Below are positions 1-11,859 of a DNA stretch of 64,000 nucleotides, in pieces. Made by a program: the position numbers and the translations under genes. Source of the stretch: Trypanosoma brucei (taxonomy: Eukaryota); contig CP000067.1 in assembly GCA_000002445.1 (NCBI GenBank), forward strand, positions 480,001 through 544,000. The letters run 5' to 3'. Each line of letters opens with the position of its first letter. The stretch's first letter is position 1. The notes below the pieces were generated by a model. That model made no database searches and had not been told where the DNA came from. It saw only the letters and a program-made list of their open reading frames with translations.

Positions 1-2009
1 TTCTTTCTTTTTTTCTTTTTTTGATTCTCTTTTTATTATTTTTGTTGCTGTTAAATCTTTTTTTTTCCTCTTTCTCTCTCTCTCTCTTTTTTTTTATTGT
101 ATTTTGGCTCTTTAAGTCATTTTATTTCTCTTGTCATGTACTTCTATGGTTTAAAGCAGAAACAAAGAAACAAATCTCAAAACACACTTGTTTCATTTTC
201 TTTATGGATATGTAAATTTCACTTGAAAACAACAAAACAAAACAAAACAAAAAATAATAATTATTATTATTATTACAGAAACAAAATAAAAACAATAAAA
301 ATAAGGAAAACTAACATCATGACAAATCGCTCACACAACTCCCTCATCCCCTCCCGAATATCTTTTTCCCTTCCCTTCCCTTCGCTTTTCTTTTCTCTTT
401 TTTTTTCTTTTTTCCTTTCCTTTTTTTTCCTCTCAACGGAAATGTACGTGCAATCTGTGCAACATTTAAATAAATTTAAGTATAAATAAATATATAAATA
501 TAAATATATATTTCATATTTCATACAGATCACCACCGCCCTAAAACAATAATAACAACGAATAATAAAAATTAAAAAATGATGATCCTTCGGCATACCCA
601 AACACAAAACGAAAGTTCCCCATCGTTTTCTTTTCATTTGTTTTCATTTCTTTCCTGTGCTTTATTTGTTATTTATTTATTTTAGTCCCTAGTATATATA
701 TATATATATATATATAATAAAAGCAAACACAGTTAAGTGGAAATAACGATATAATAAAACAAACAAATGAGTGAAACAAAAAAGGGGAAAAGCAATGAAA
801 GGCGCGAATCGCGGACCGAATATAAAATAACGGTAAAACAAATGACCACAAATTGTCTCGTTTTATTTTCTTTCCCTTTCAAAAAAAAAATAAAAATAAA
901 TAATAAAATCTGTGCTTTTTCAAAGGAAAAGAAAAAAACAGAAAGGGTTGATGAAGAAGAGTAAACGGAGAGGAAAAAAACCCAACGAAAAGATGTAAAA
1001 ATAATAATATATAATATATATAATATATATATATATATATTTATATTTATTTATTTATGGGGAGAAAATTTTTTTAAAGAAAAAGAAAAAGAAAAAAAAA
1101 GAAGGCAAGAATGAGGGGGGAAAAAATATATACCAAAAGGCGACTGATTTTTTTTTCCCCGCTCCTCCTCCTTTTTTTAAATTTTATTTTAATTTTCACA
1201 ACACAACACAAAAACCCAACCGATGCTACCGGAAGTCAAAACCAACTCATGAGGGACCAAACAAGCACAAATAAAAAAGGGACATATTCATATATTTTTA
1301 AAACAAAAAAACAAAAATTCCTTCTTTGATTTTATAAGGAAGAATTTGTATTTTGTGTTGCTGTTGTGTATATGTTTTGACGATGATGCGTAAATGTATA
1401 AAATAATACATACATATATATATTTATATATTTATTTATTTATTTGTATTAATTGGTTTTGTTGTTGTTTTGCACTGCACCGTACAGTTGAGAGGAAGTG
1501 GAGGAGGAAAAACAAAAAGGGAAATGGGGAAGACAAACAAACAAACAAACATAACTTTTCTCCAAAAAATTCGTTTTTGGAATTTAAAAAAAATGTGTTT
1601 GCAGGAGTAAGATTAAAAATGGGAGAAATGTGTAACGAAGGTGGGGGGAAAAATACTTCTCTTCTCTTCTTTCCTTTTCCTTTTCCTTTTCCTTTTTTTA
1701 TTATTTTTGAAAAGTTCACGCATCCATCCATCCATCCATCTGTTATTTTTATTGCTATTATTGTTATTATTATTATTATCATATTTGCACTAGAATCTCT
1801 TTTTTTTTTTCATCTTTGTTTGTGGTTTCATTTTATCCCATGCACGCATAGCCACGCGTTTTACTTCATTTAACTTTAGTTTTTTTTTATTTATTTTCCT
1901 TTTCCTTTTTATTTGCATTATTATTATTATTATGACATTCCCCCCCCCCCACACACACACACACAAATATCCATTCCTTGGTAGTTTCATGTGCAAATGC
2001 GCCCATGGG

Positions 2010-2027
2010 AAAATAATAACAATAATG

Positions 2028-2075
<48 letters not shown>

Positions 2076-2078
2076 GCT
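2010..2078. repeat. (ATA)n / (AAT)n microsatellite, about 22 units
   Basis: aataataataataataataataataataataataataataataataac read directly. Many shorter (TA)n, (CA)n, (GT)n, (CCAT)n and homopolymer tracts occur throughout 1..5700. Confidence 0.95.
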
Positions 2079-5000
2079 TCGCCAATAACTGACGCGCGAA
2101 CACACAAAAATAAATAAAAACACGTAAAATGATGGAAGAAAAAGAAAAAAAAAGAAGAAAACGTAACAAACAAAAAAAAACGGGAAAATGAAAACAAAAA
2201 CAAACAGATATTTTAATATGATAAAATATATGAGCCTTTGCTACTCACATCTCTGTGTCTTTTCTTTTATTTCTTTTTTTTTTCCACTCTCAACTCTCGA
2301 TATTCTTTCTCCTTTATTTTGTTTGTTCAGTTGTTCATTTTCTCATTTTGTACAGGAGTTGTTGTCACTATCGATTGTTGTCTCGTTTGTGTTTTTGTTT
2401 TTTTGTTTTTATATTTTTTTAATATATTTTTTAAAAGTTTTGTGAACGGTAACCTCCACATCTCCCCTCCCCTTCATTTCTCTCTCTCTCTCTTTCTCTC
2501 ACTCACACATCCTTTCTTCATTTTTTTATTTTTATTTTTCCCTTTGAAGATAATAATAATAATAACAATAATAATAATAATCACAACATGGCGCGTGTTG
2601 TCGTCTTTCAATCAGTCGGTGGTAATGATGGAAATTGCGGGGAATAAACAAACTTGTAAAAAAAAAAATTAAAAAAAAAAATGAAAGTGAAGAATGTTAA
2701 AATAATATTTATTTTTTTTAAAAAAAGAATCAACAAACGACAAAAGAACAACAACAACATCAACGACACCAGTGTATTATTATTATTATATTTATTTATT
2801 TTTTTTAAAAGAAAAGGGAATGGCGTATGCAAAAAGCAATAGGAAAAGTAATTGAAGAAAAAAAAACAAGAGAAAAATAAAAAGAAGAGAAAAAAAAGAA
2901 GGACAAAGAGAAGAAAGAGAAGAAAGAAAGGAAAGGAAAGGTGAGACGAAAGGGGAATTTATTTATTTTAAAAAGAAAAAGAAGAAGAAAAAAAAGGGGC
3001 TAAATCGCGGTGGAAGCGGTGGCGTTGTGAAACAACACAGACACGCGGAAAAAGTTTTTAAAAAATTCCACGCATGAATATAAAATGAAGGAAATAAATA
3101 AAAGTTTTAAAACAAAAACAATAAACAAAAACAAAAACAGTGACAACAACAACAATAACAACAACAACAAATACCGACAGCAGAAGCAGTTGGAAAAATG
3201 CATGCGGTACGCGGTTGAACAAATTGAGCGAAAGTAAAACAAATAGAGGAATAAGAAAGGAAATAAAAAACACTCTCACACAAATAGACACACACACACA
3301 CATAAACACACAAATAAACAAATAAACATGAGCTACATCTCCTTTCTCCACTAAAATGACAACAACAACAATAATAATCATAATCATAAAATAAACCTAA
3401 AAGAAAATGAAAAGGAAAAAAAAAGACGGTTGGAAAATGACCCCCTACGCCTCTTTGAGAGTTAACAGTCTTCTTTACTTTAAGAAGAAAAATTATATTA
3501 AAAGTAAATAAATCACAAAGAAAGATAGAAAAAAGGAAGAAAGGGAGAAGCTACGGATTACTCTGAACAAAATAACACGCACGAGTCCTTTTTTTTTTGT
3601 TTTTGTTTTACTTTTTTTTTTTTAAACAAAAAGTTCATTTTCCCCCTCTCTTTTAATCGTTTTCTGTTTTTTTTTGCTTTTCCTTAACTTTTGCTCCTTC
3701 TCTGCGCGTTGAGGTTAAACAAACAAACAAACAAAAAAGACAAAAACAACAGGTTAAGGAACAAAGGGAGAGAGAGAATGGGGAAAAAAAATTGGAAAGG
3801 GGAAAAAACAAACAAAAGGAAAAGAAGTGTAGGAGAACTTTGGGGAGGTTTGGGGATATTACAAATACAAAACAGTGAATATAAACAAAAAACAAAATGA
3901 AAGAGAGGATGTTGAGTAATGTCATGCATTTATTTGGTTGTGTCATTTTCATCTTTCCTTTAACATTTTCTTCCTTTCTTTTTTTTTCCCTCTTCCTTCG
4001 CTCTTTACATCAACCACCATCACTCACTCGATCCTTCATATTGTTTCTCTATTTTATTTTTCCTCGTGTTTTGCACCTCCTTTTCTTTTTTTTTGTTTGT
4101 TTTTAGAAAAGAAAAAAAAAGAATTATTTGGTTTCCCGAACACTCATCCCCTTCGTCATGGCGACAAGCCCCTCCTCCACTTTGAAGAAAGCGTTGAAGG
4201 GGCTTGACGAGCACACAAAAATAATACACACAAACGTAAGAAAAAAAAAAAGGAAAAGGCAGCAGCAGGAACACATGCCACTCAACAACACTCACATGAG
4301 CATATAACATTCATTTTACGCATATAATACGTGCATACAAACACACCAAAATAATGAAATGGATAAATGTCAAGGGATATGAAATTTGAAAATTGAACGA
4401 AATGCTCATAAATATAAATATTCCCACATTTTTCCACCTTTTTTTTTCTCCATTGGTTTCCGGCTTATGTAAACAACACTGGCGGAACATCCCCTCTTGT
4501 GAGAGGTCGGAGAGGTTGTGATGTGTTGAAGGGTGAGACACTGTGTTCCCGTGAAATAGTAATAATAATAATAATAACATCAATGGTGACAATTAATAAT
4601 ATTATTATCATTATTATCAAAAATAAATAAATAGTTTTATTTATTTACATGCATATTTGTGCATATATATATATATATATGTGTACGTATGTATGTATGT
4701 GTGTGTGTGTGGGTGGGTGGAAGGTGCAGCAATAGAGTGGAAGGAATATAGCGGAAACGGGAAGTAAATCAGACGAAAACAAATTGAAGTAAACAAAGGT
4801 TGAGAAAAGAAGCATGCCAAAACCATCTCCTCCTCCTCTTCTTCTTTCTTTTATTCATCTCCTTTACCTCCTTTTTGTTACAAAACAAAGAAATTAAACC
4901 TTTCAAGCTTTTCATATATATATATATATATATATACGTGTGTTTGTGTGTGTAGAAATAATATATTTGGTCTGGCAATTCCTCACTCATTTTCCTTTGC

Positions 5001-5771
5001 TTTTCTCATTATTGTTCTTTTTTTCTTATTTTTCTTCTCTTTTTCCCTCATGACCGCCTTTTCACTTCCCCCTCGTGCTGTCGCCCACCACCCCCATGAG
5101 GCGGGGGAGAGTAATAATAATAATAATATCAATGATATCCGCACAAGTGCCGGTGAATTGTGCGTAAGTAATCGAAAGTAACCAAAACACATAATAAAAC
5201 AGTCAAACAAAGGAAAAGTAAAACAGAAAAAAAACAAAAAGGAAAACACAAAGCATATCTGAAGCACTAAATTATAAAAAAAAACAGATAAAGATATAAA
5301 AAAAACACAGAAACTAATATGTTTCTCACAAAAACAAAACGAAGAAGAGGAAATTAAAAACAAAACGGAAAAACTGGAAGCAGGAAATGGAAGGGGAATA
5401 TATATATATATATATATTTATTTATATATATGTATTTATATATTATTTATTGATGGTTTCCTTTTCGAAATCACATGTGTTCAGTTCCATTCCCCTCCAC
5501 CCTTCCAGCGGCTGTTGTCTCCCCATTCTCACAATCCTACTTATAAGCTCTTCAGGACACAAACAACCAAATACGTGTATGGTCAAACAAAGAAAAGAAG
5601 TCGGAACGGAGAAGGAACTGACATGCACGATTTCGCCTCCCTCTCCGACAAATAAAAAAAAAAAAGAGAAACGAAAAAAAAAAAAAAGAGGAAACTCACA
5701 GGTCTCAAGAGAAATGGAGAGGAAACAAAAAAAAAAGGCTTGCATACCCAAATACTCGTGTCTCCATTTCC

Positions 5772-6503
5772 TTACGAAGTCTGTCCCTCTTCATTTACTG
5801 AAACAATGACAGGTCGCCCATTAACATACACACGCTTACAGGGAACCCGCATCACAGAGGTGCCTCCTGCCGCTGCCGCCACCACCGGAGCTGCAGGTAC
5901 AGGCGTTGATACAACTGCAGGAGCTGCCCGACTTGGCGTGACGCCGAATCCCGCGGTATTACCTCCAGCAGCACGTCGGAACCCTCCCTGCTTTACACCA
6001 GTGCGGGTTGTTGTTGATGATGATGATGATGCGCCATTGTTATTGTTGATGGTGACAGTTGGGTATGCGGCAGCGGTGGTTCCTCGGGACGCTGGCTGGT
6101 GGTAAAGCGGCCGGTTTGTAGCTTGCGGTACGGTGCTGAAGCTGCTATTGGCACTGTTGCTGAAGTGCGAATTACCCTCATCGCTGTGGGACATGATGAA
6201 ACTCATTTCTGCTGTAAAGGGTGAGCGGGGTACACACGGCAAACCGTCATTTGAGGTTCTGCAGTAGGGATCGTGTGTATGGCGTGTTGACGCAACGGGC
6301 TCTTCCACCACAGTGGAAATGGGTCTCAAGTGACCACGGAAAACGTTAGAAGCGGAGGACTTCATCGTGGCGGGACGCGGGGCACCGTTAATAATATTGT
6401 CTGAATTACTAATGGCGTTTGTGCAGTCCATTAGAGGGGAGCCGAACGAGGCGACAGCAGTGGAACCGACGGCTGGGTACGCTTGCATGTTAAAGGAAGA
6501 CAT
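5772..6503 (-). CDS. hypothetical low-complexity protein (Ser/Thr/Ala/Asn-rich), 243 aa
   Basis: Longest ORF in a GC-richer island directly next to the AT-rich gene-free region. Same strand as all neighbouring genes. No recognisable domain; the protein is compositionally biased. Confidence 0.4.
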   Translation of the reverse strand: MSSFNMQAYPAVGSTAVASFGSPLMDCTNAISNSDNIINGAPRPATMKSSASNVFRGHLRPISTVVEEPVASTRHTHDPYCRTSNDGLPCVPRSPFTAEMSFIMSHSDEGNSHFSNSANSSFSTVPQATNRPLYHQPASRGTTAAAYPTVTINNNNGASSSSSTTTRTGVKQGGFRRAAGGNTAGFGVTPSRAAPAVVSTPVPAAPVVAAAAGGTSVMRVPCKRVYVNGRPVIVSVNEEGQTS

Positions 6504-7280
6504 GACGTATATAATATGGATTTATGTACCTTTGTAACCCTCAAGAGCTTATGTTATGTAGCCTTTTTTTTTCTTCTTTTCTCTTCGTTCGTCTCTTCCG
6601 TACCTTCACAAGTCGTAACACTTGCAAAACTGCGGTTTCGTTCCTCGTTAAATGTTAGAAAACTAGCACTTATCTTTCTCTTTTCCTTTGATTCGTTCAG
6701 CTTTTTATGACTGCTGCAAAGTTTTTTCCTTTGTTCTTGCCGTCTCTTTTCTTTTCCTTTTCGACAAAAATGCTTTTGTAATACCTTTGGAAAGATTACT
6801 AGAATTTTCACTTGGCAGCACAGTGATTGGAGCAAATCGAAAGAAAAAAAGGGGGAGTAGTTTATTCAACACAGTTACGAATTTGCAACAAATCGCTAAA
6901 TCAGGGGAAGAGAAAAGGGAACAGCGACATGCAAAAACAAACAAAAATAAACTGACAAAGCCCTGCACAACACACAAACACACCGGTATACACCAATAGA
7001 GCGACAGGGGGGGGATGATACAGCGCCAGCTTAGAGAATCTCACCTTTGAATATATCAAAAAGAGCTAGCAAGAGAAAAACACTGTTAGTGGAGGAAAGG
7101 AGAGAATCTCTATCGTCAGGCAACGCCACCAACCAACCAACCAACAACCATAAAGAGGGAGCATCACATGCAACAACACCCGCTACAGGAGGCCAAACAG
7201 ATGTACTAGATAAATGCGAAACTATGTGCAAACAGGTGCGCACCTTCACTTGCACGCTAACATTCGTCTTCGGTATTCAC

Positions 7281-9356
7281 TTAGCCAGTGCCAGCAGCGG
7301 CCGCACGACGTTTCCGCAACCTCTTCATGATTCTGAGAATAATGCGAATTATGAGCGGGTTCTCATCATCTGCACCGGATTCTTCAACATCAAAGAGCCG
7401 CTTAGTCGAACGGACCACGCCCCCTGCCACAATGGCAGAGAATATGAGACCCAGCGTTACGACGTTGAAAACCATAGCGGGATCCGGTACGGGTAAAGTC
7501 GACCCCGCCACATTGCTGCACCGCAACCAAAAGTAACAGACACAAGGACCTTTTCTGTTGTTGTCGCGCCGCATACTCTCCATTAGTGACTCCAGTGATC
7601 CCTGGTGGTCGATGCGCTTGTTAGAGATTGAGGCGCAACGTGACATCCCACAGTTTTGGGCTCCAGACGCCTTGTCCCCTTCTCCTACCTTTCCACCCGC
7701 TGAACACACGTGCCGTCCAACACGAATGACGGGTTGTGGAAGAATGCGGTTGCTGTTGGCATCAGGGGGCATATCTTTGTTTGCGGACCATCCGAACCGG
7801 AAAGGAAATTCACAGAGCACAAATCCATTACTTTGCACCCCTGCTTCAAGTGGCCGCATGGCAGTTTCTGTCACAGTAGTGTGAACGAGAACAACCAATA
7901 CGTTGGCGCTTTCATCGACAAAAGCATTTTCTACCCTTGACTCCAACCCCGCACCCGCCCGCATCTCGTGGAGAGACGGACGCATCAAATGCAAAGGGAA
8001 GAAAAGAAGGGCCTCTAACGTGTCCCCCGGTTGCAACATAAGCGACTGTTCGTGACGGCTTTTGGTGTTTGAGTTACCTGATGTGGGCACTTCAGGCGTT
8101 GGATTCACCACCAACCTGTACGTGCCACGGTCATACCCGACGGCAGAAATGAAGTGCTGAGCAGTAGGTGTCACCTCCACATTGCCTAGCGCTTGATTGT
8201 CGTTACCACTTCGGGCCCCTTGGATTTTTTTCAGGGTTTGCAGAGCCGAACTGAGCTTAGCGTTCAACTGAGAACCCGTAATGAAGTCAACACTGGGAGC
8301 ATACTCGGGAAAAGACTCTTTCCAGTGGGAAGAAAGTGCATCGAACTTTTTATTCTGTTCAACGAAAGCCATACGCATCACAAGCTTAATCTCGGCTTCC
8401 TCATTTGTGTGGTTACCCCTGGCCTCACCCCCTTCAGTGGTGGGTGATTGCTTCACCTCGAAACGGAAGTGGTGAAATACGGAGGAAAAGAAGTCTTCCA
8501 TAGAAACGAGTCCCGCCCGGAATATACCCCGAGGGATGCGTTCTTCCACGTCTTTGCCTGAGCGACCACCATTCAGCAGGGCTGTTACATGCTGCGTGCA
8601 AAGTGTATCCTGCTGGGCATGGTGATACGAACACCAGCGAACGTCCCCAAACTTACCAGAGTATCCCGAAGAGGCGAAAACGGAATTACCCGCGGGAACC
8701 GAATGGAGCGCCCCAATCGGTCGAACAAAACGTGGTGTGTCGTCCCACCAGGTAAGCGGGGATGAAAGTAGTGACGAGACAAACTGTGCCAACCATTGAT
8801 GGTGGTGACGCAAATCCTCCTCACCTGCACTCGTCGCGTTACCATCATTATTCCCGTTTGAGCTCGTGCTGACCCACCCACACGCAGATAGAGTGGACTG
8901 GGAACAAACAGAGTGATGTGAGAGGTCGTGAATCAGCTCTGCTGTGCTCTTGTCAACAGGGTGCTTTCGGTTATGTAAAGTAGACGTCCACTCAGGCCGC
9001 CACGAGCCACCACAACCAGACCATTCAATCAAATCGAAGCGCCGTCGCCGTAAGACGTGTACCCAAAACGGGTCTAGCTCTTCATTGAAACTTAAGTGTT
9101 CTTCCCTATCCTCAGCAGAACCCTTCGGAAGCCATAATGAAGTGGTCATAGTTAGGGAAACAAGTGTGGATTCCAGGCCATCGTCGTCAAGACCTGTTGT
9201 CAGCGGTTGCACATGCACCGTGTATCGCCTTTCTGTCCTCGGAACAGTGGGCTTCAGCGCTTGTGTGCGTGTTGTTACACACAAAAGGAACAACAGGGCT
9301 GCCACTACCACCATGGCCCGGTGGCACGGCACTCGCTTCATTCTCTCAATTACCAC
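7281..9356 (-). CDS. hypothetical type I membrane or secreted-pathway protein (N-terminal signal peptide, one C-terminal TM helix, basic cytoplasmic tail)
   Basis: 691 aa ORF. The hydrophobic stretch MVVVAALLFLLCVTTRTQA sits just after the start. The C-terminal segment MVFNVVTLGLIFSAIVAGGVV is followed by an RKRR-rich tail. No family recognised. The true start may be the internal Met MKRVPC. Confidence 0.6.
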   Translation of the reverse strand: MVIERMKRVPCHRAMVVVAALLFLLCVTTRTQALKPTVPRTERRYTVHVQPLTTGLDDDGLESTLVSLTMTTSLWLPKGSAEDREEHLSFNEELDPFWVHVLRRRRFDLIEWSGCGGSWRPEWTSTLHNRKHPVDKSTAELIHDLSHHSVCSQSTLSACGWVSTSSNGNNDGNATSAGEEDLRHHHQWLAQFVSSLLSSPLTWWDDTPRFVRPIGALHSVPAGNSVFASSGYSGKFGDVRWCSYHHAQQDTLCTQHVTALLNGGRSGKDVEERIPRGIFRAGLVSMEDFFSSVFHHFRFEVKQSPTTEGGEARGNHTNEEAEIKLVMRMAFVEQNKKFDALSSHWKESFPEYAPSVDFITGSQLNAKLSSALQTLKKIQGARSGNDNQALGNVEVTPTAQHFISAVGYDRGTYRLVVNPTPEVPTSGNSNTKSRHEQSLMLQPGDTLEALLFFPLHLMRPSLHEMRAGAGLESRVENAFVDESANVLVVLVHTTVTETAMRPLEAGVQSNGFVLCEFPFRFGWSANKDMPPDANSNRILPQPVIRVGRHVCSAGGKVGEGDKASGAQNCGMSRCASISNKRIDHQGSLESLMESMRRDNNRKGPCVCYFWLRCSNVAGSTLPVPDPAMVFNVVTLGLIFSAIVAGGVVRSTKRLFDVEESGADDENPLIIRIILRIMKRLRKRRAAAAGTG

Positions 9357-9606
9357 CGCCTGGTCCTTTTACCTAATGGTTTCGATTGTACCTTCTTTTA
9401 TTACTTACACCGTGCTTATATTATCCCCTTTCGGTTATGCTCACGTGTTGAAATCTTCAGTAGTTGGGACGATAACAGTAAAGGGAAGGGAAACGGGGAT
9501 TTGAAAAAGAAAAATAGATGTCTTTTGTGTTCTCAACACAAAATTTGAAGCAAGAACGAAACCTCACGTCGCTGGCAGAAAGGTGAGGATACAGAAAACC
9601 ATCTCT

Positions 9607-9795
9607 CCGCTTGATTGGAATTCCCGGGTAGTGACGGTTGGGATCCCCAACAAAAGCAGCACACGACTCTCTCATTCGCACTATCTCAACACCGTGCCTG
9701 CACCATGGAGCATTATGTCCAAATACTCCACCGTGGCACTAACGCGTCCCGCCACTCATATAAAAACAAATGCAGCTGTGATACGCAGCGGTGAG
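9607..9795 (+). repeat. dispersed 190 bp element, copy 1 (100% identical to 51740..51935)
   Basis: The string cgcttgattggaattcccgggtagtgacggttgggatcccc...gctgtgatacgcagcggtga occurs at both loci. The flanks are unrelated on both sides. Confidence 0.9.
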
Positions 9796-10447
9796 GAAAA
9801 TGTCACATGGAGCCAACAATTTCACTGCCCTCCTCCATTCCCAATTTCACCGTCTTTTCCCCACATTAGCATATACCTCATGCCATACATAACCCCTTGA
9901 AGACCCCCCCTCCCCTCCTCCAAAAAAATAATAATAACAATAACAATAATGATCCAGCAACCCTCCGCCTCAGAAAAGAGAAGCATACAAGGGAACGATC
10001 AAGCACTCGCATAATCATCCAGAAAAATAATAACTAGCGCCGTACGCTCCCACCTGTGTCAATCACTTCGATCCTTTAGCCCTGCTCGGGGGACTTGCAT
10101 AACCACTACTACTGCCATTACCTTAGCACTAGTAACGAAAAGATATAGAAAGGCAAGAGAAAGAGGAGGAAGTACCAATAGGAGGGGCAAATCAAAGTTG
10201 ATTGCGTTAAATTACTTAGCCGCAAAAAGCACGGCCACTTTCACCTTCCAACAAGAAAATTTACTATTTCCTTAGAGTGCGACAGGGAGCATACCTCGTA
10301 CACCCACCTTTTCTGTTTTTTTTCTTCCTCCTTCCTTCCTCCTCCCACACACATTCCGGGTCTTCGGATGAACCTTATGCGCAACGTTCGTCCACCAGGT
10401 CCCACTTAGTTTAACCGCATCCAATGTTGCTCGTGCTCCCGTGTCAC

Positions 10448-11272
10448 TCAGTTGCGCTGTTTCGCACCTTCGGGAAGAGCACGTACAATATGCATAACCG
10501 TGTTCTTAAAGCGTGCAACACCTTTTGTCCTGCTGAGGCACCGCTCAGCCTGCTCGGGTGTTTCGAATGTGATGAAGGCAAAGCCCCTGTAGTTGGATGT
10601 TTTACCATCAGTTGGCAAGAAGAGCTTATCGATGCGGTACTCATCCGTGTTGAAGATGTTATATAGCTCCTCTCGCGAAATATCATCCGAAATGTTCGTG
10701 ATGCGCAAGCGGCGGTCGGTATCCTCCTTGTGCTGAACGGAAGTTTTGTCTCCTCTCGCTGCCGCCCACGTGCGTTCCTTCCCCTGGTCATCAGGTGCGG
10801 CGGCCTCCTTAGCAGCCCGCTCCTGCTCCTCCTTAACCTTCGCGTACCGCGCGAGATGGACATCCTTAACCTCCACAGTATAGCGCTCGACTTCATTCAT
10901 GAGACGCATAACCTCCTCCCGTGCCATGCGCTCGAATGGATCAACTTCACCTAACTCCAGCACAATTGGGGGATCCCGGGACACGAGATCCTTTTGGTCT
11001 GCAGGATTTGTAGCCCTCCCAAAACGCTTCCACTTGGCGCGGACATCCACTGGAGTGGCCTCACGATCCACACGATATTGGAGCACTCTCTTTACAATTT
11101 CGTACTGCTTATTCTCAGCATCGGTGATGGTCTCAGTGACTACCTTAGCATTCTTCCACGCCGCCTCCTTATCTGCTAGTGCTTTCGCCTCTTGTGGCGT
11201 CAACTGGTTTCCCCCAAAGTCCTCACCGAGGGCAATGGGCTCCATATCATCGGCCCATGTTGCCATCTTCAA
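10448..11272 (-). CDS. EIF3G: translation initiation factor eIF3 subunit g-like protein (C-terminal RRM)
   Basis: 274 aa. The C-terminal RRM with RNP motifs (TDRRLRITNISDDISREELYNIF ... RGFAFITFETPEQAERCL) aligns by eye with the eIF3g RRM (TDRIRVTNLSEDTRETDL ... KGFAFISF). The N-terminal part (KQYEIVKRVLQYRV...AKWKRFG) resembles the eIF3g KIVRTFRIETRK...NWKKFG region. The size matches yeast Tif35. Confidence 0.65.
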   Translation of the reverse strand: MKMATWADDMEPIALGEDFGGNQLTPQEAKALADKEAAWKNAKVVTETITDAENKQYEIVKRVLQYRVDREATPVDVRAKWKRFGRATNPADQKDLVSRDPPIVLELGEVDPFERMAREEVMRLMNEVERYTVEVKDVHLARYAKVKEEQERAAKEAAAPDDQGKERTWAAARGDKTSVQHKEDTDRRLRITNISDDISREELYNIFNTDEYRIDKLFLPTDGKTSNYRGFAFITFETPEQAERCLSRTKGVARFKNTVMHIVRALPEGAKQRN

Positions 11273-11859
11273 AGTGTTTTTTTTTTTTTGGTGGTTGAGC
11301 CCCTTACTTTATTTACCTGGATTTTACTGGGATTCAAACGAAACAACACGCACAAGTCTCACTCTCCTGCAACTGCGAACACAAACGAAAGGTGGTTATT
11401 AGATACAAAAAAAAAGTGTGGGTGGTATAAACAATGGGTAGTGAGGAAACGTCTCCTCGCATGGCAACAACGCGAATAGGTATCGCGGGTGCTGAAGTTC
11501 GTTGATAATTCGGTCTACTGAACAGGTTGCCCTAAGGATATTGCGATTGGGAATTTTTACTTCACAAGAAAGTAATTGGTAATGCCACACGCCATGGTGT
11601 GGGAATAGCAGGTTTGACAAAGGTATATGGCAGACAGAAGACGAGTTGCGGGTCAAAACCGGCCACACAGTGCTGTGGTGTTTTATATGTTGCCACGCCA
11701 ACTCAACATCAACACCGTTTTCGTCCCAAGACACACAAGGAAGAGAAAGGAAAACATACCTCCACCACGTAAGACTGCCATCAACCTCCCACACACACAA
11801 AAAAAAACTCCAACCATTCCGTTCTCCACTTCCAAAGTTCACGACAAATAGAATTGCTT

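Noticed and set aside
1-5700. Numerous 60 to 160 aa ORFs in the AT-rich block (for example 97..489, 1394..1873, 1790..2203, 2238..2672)
   Set aside because: Their translations are homopolymeric or low-complexity (poly-I, poly-Y, poly-L, poly-F) and are read straight from microsatellites. There is no coding signal.
8944-9504. 186-aa plus-strand ORF, and similar antisense ORFs at 5740..6105, 10899..11402, 12705..13041, 16490..16906, 35320..35589, 35900..36190
   Set aside because: All are embedded antisense in longer, better-supported minus-strand genes. This is typical spurious ORFs from GC-richer coding DNA.
9607-9795. Calling the dispersed 190 bp block a RIME/ingi mobile element
   Set aside because: There are no flanking target-site duplications and no 3' poly(A). 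I do not recognise the conserved retroposon 5' signature in it. It is kept as an unclassified repeat instead.
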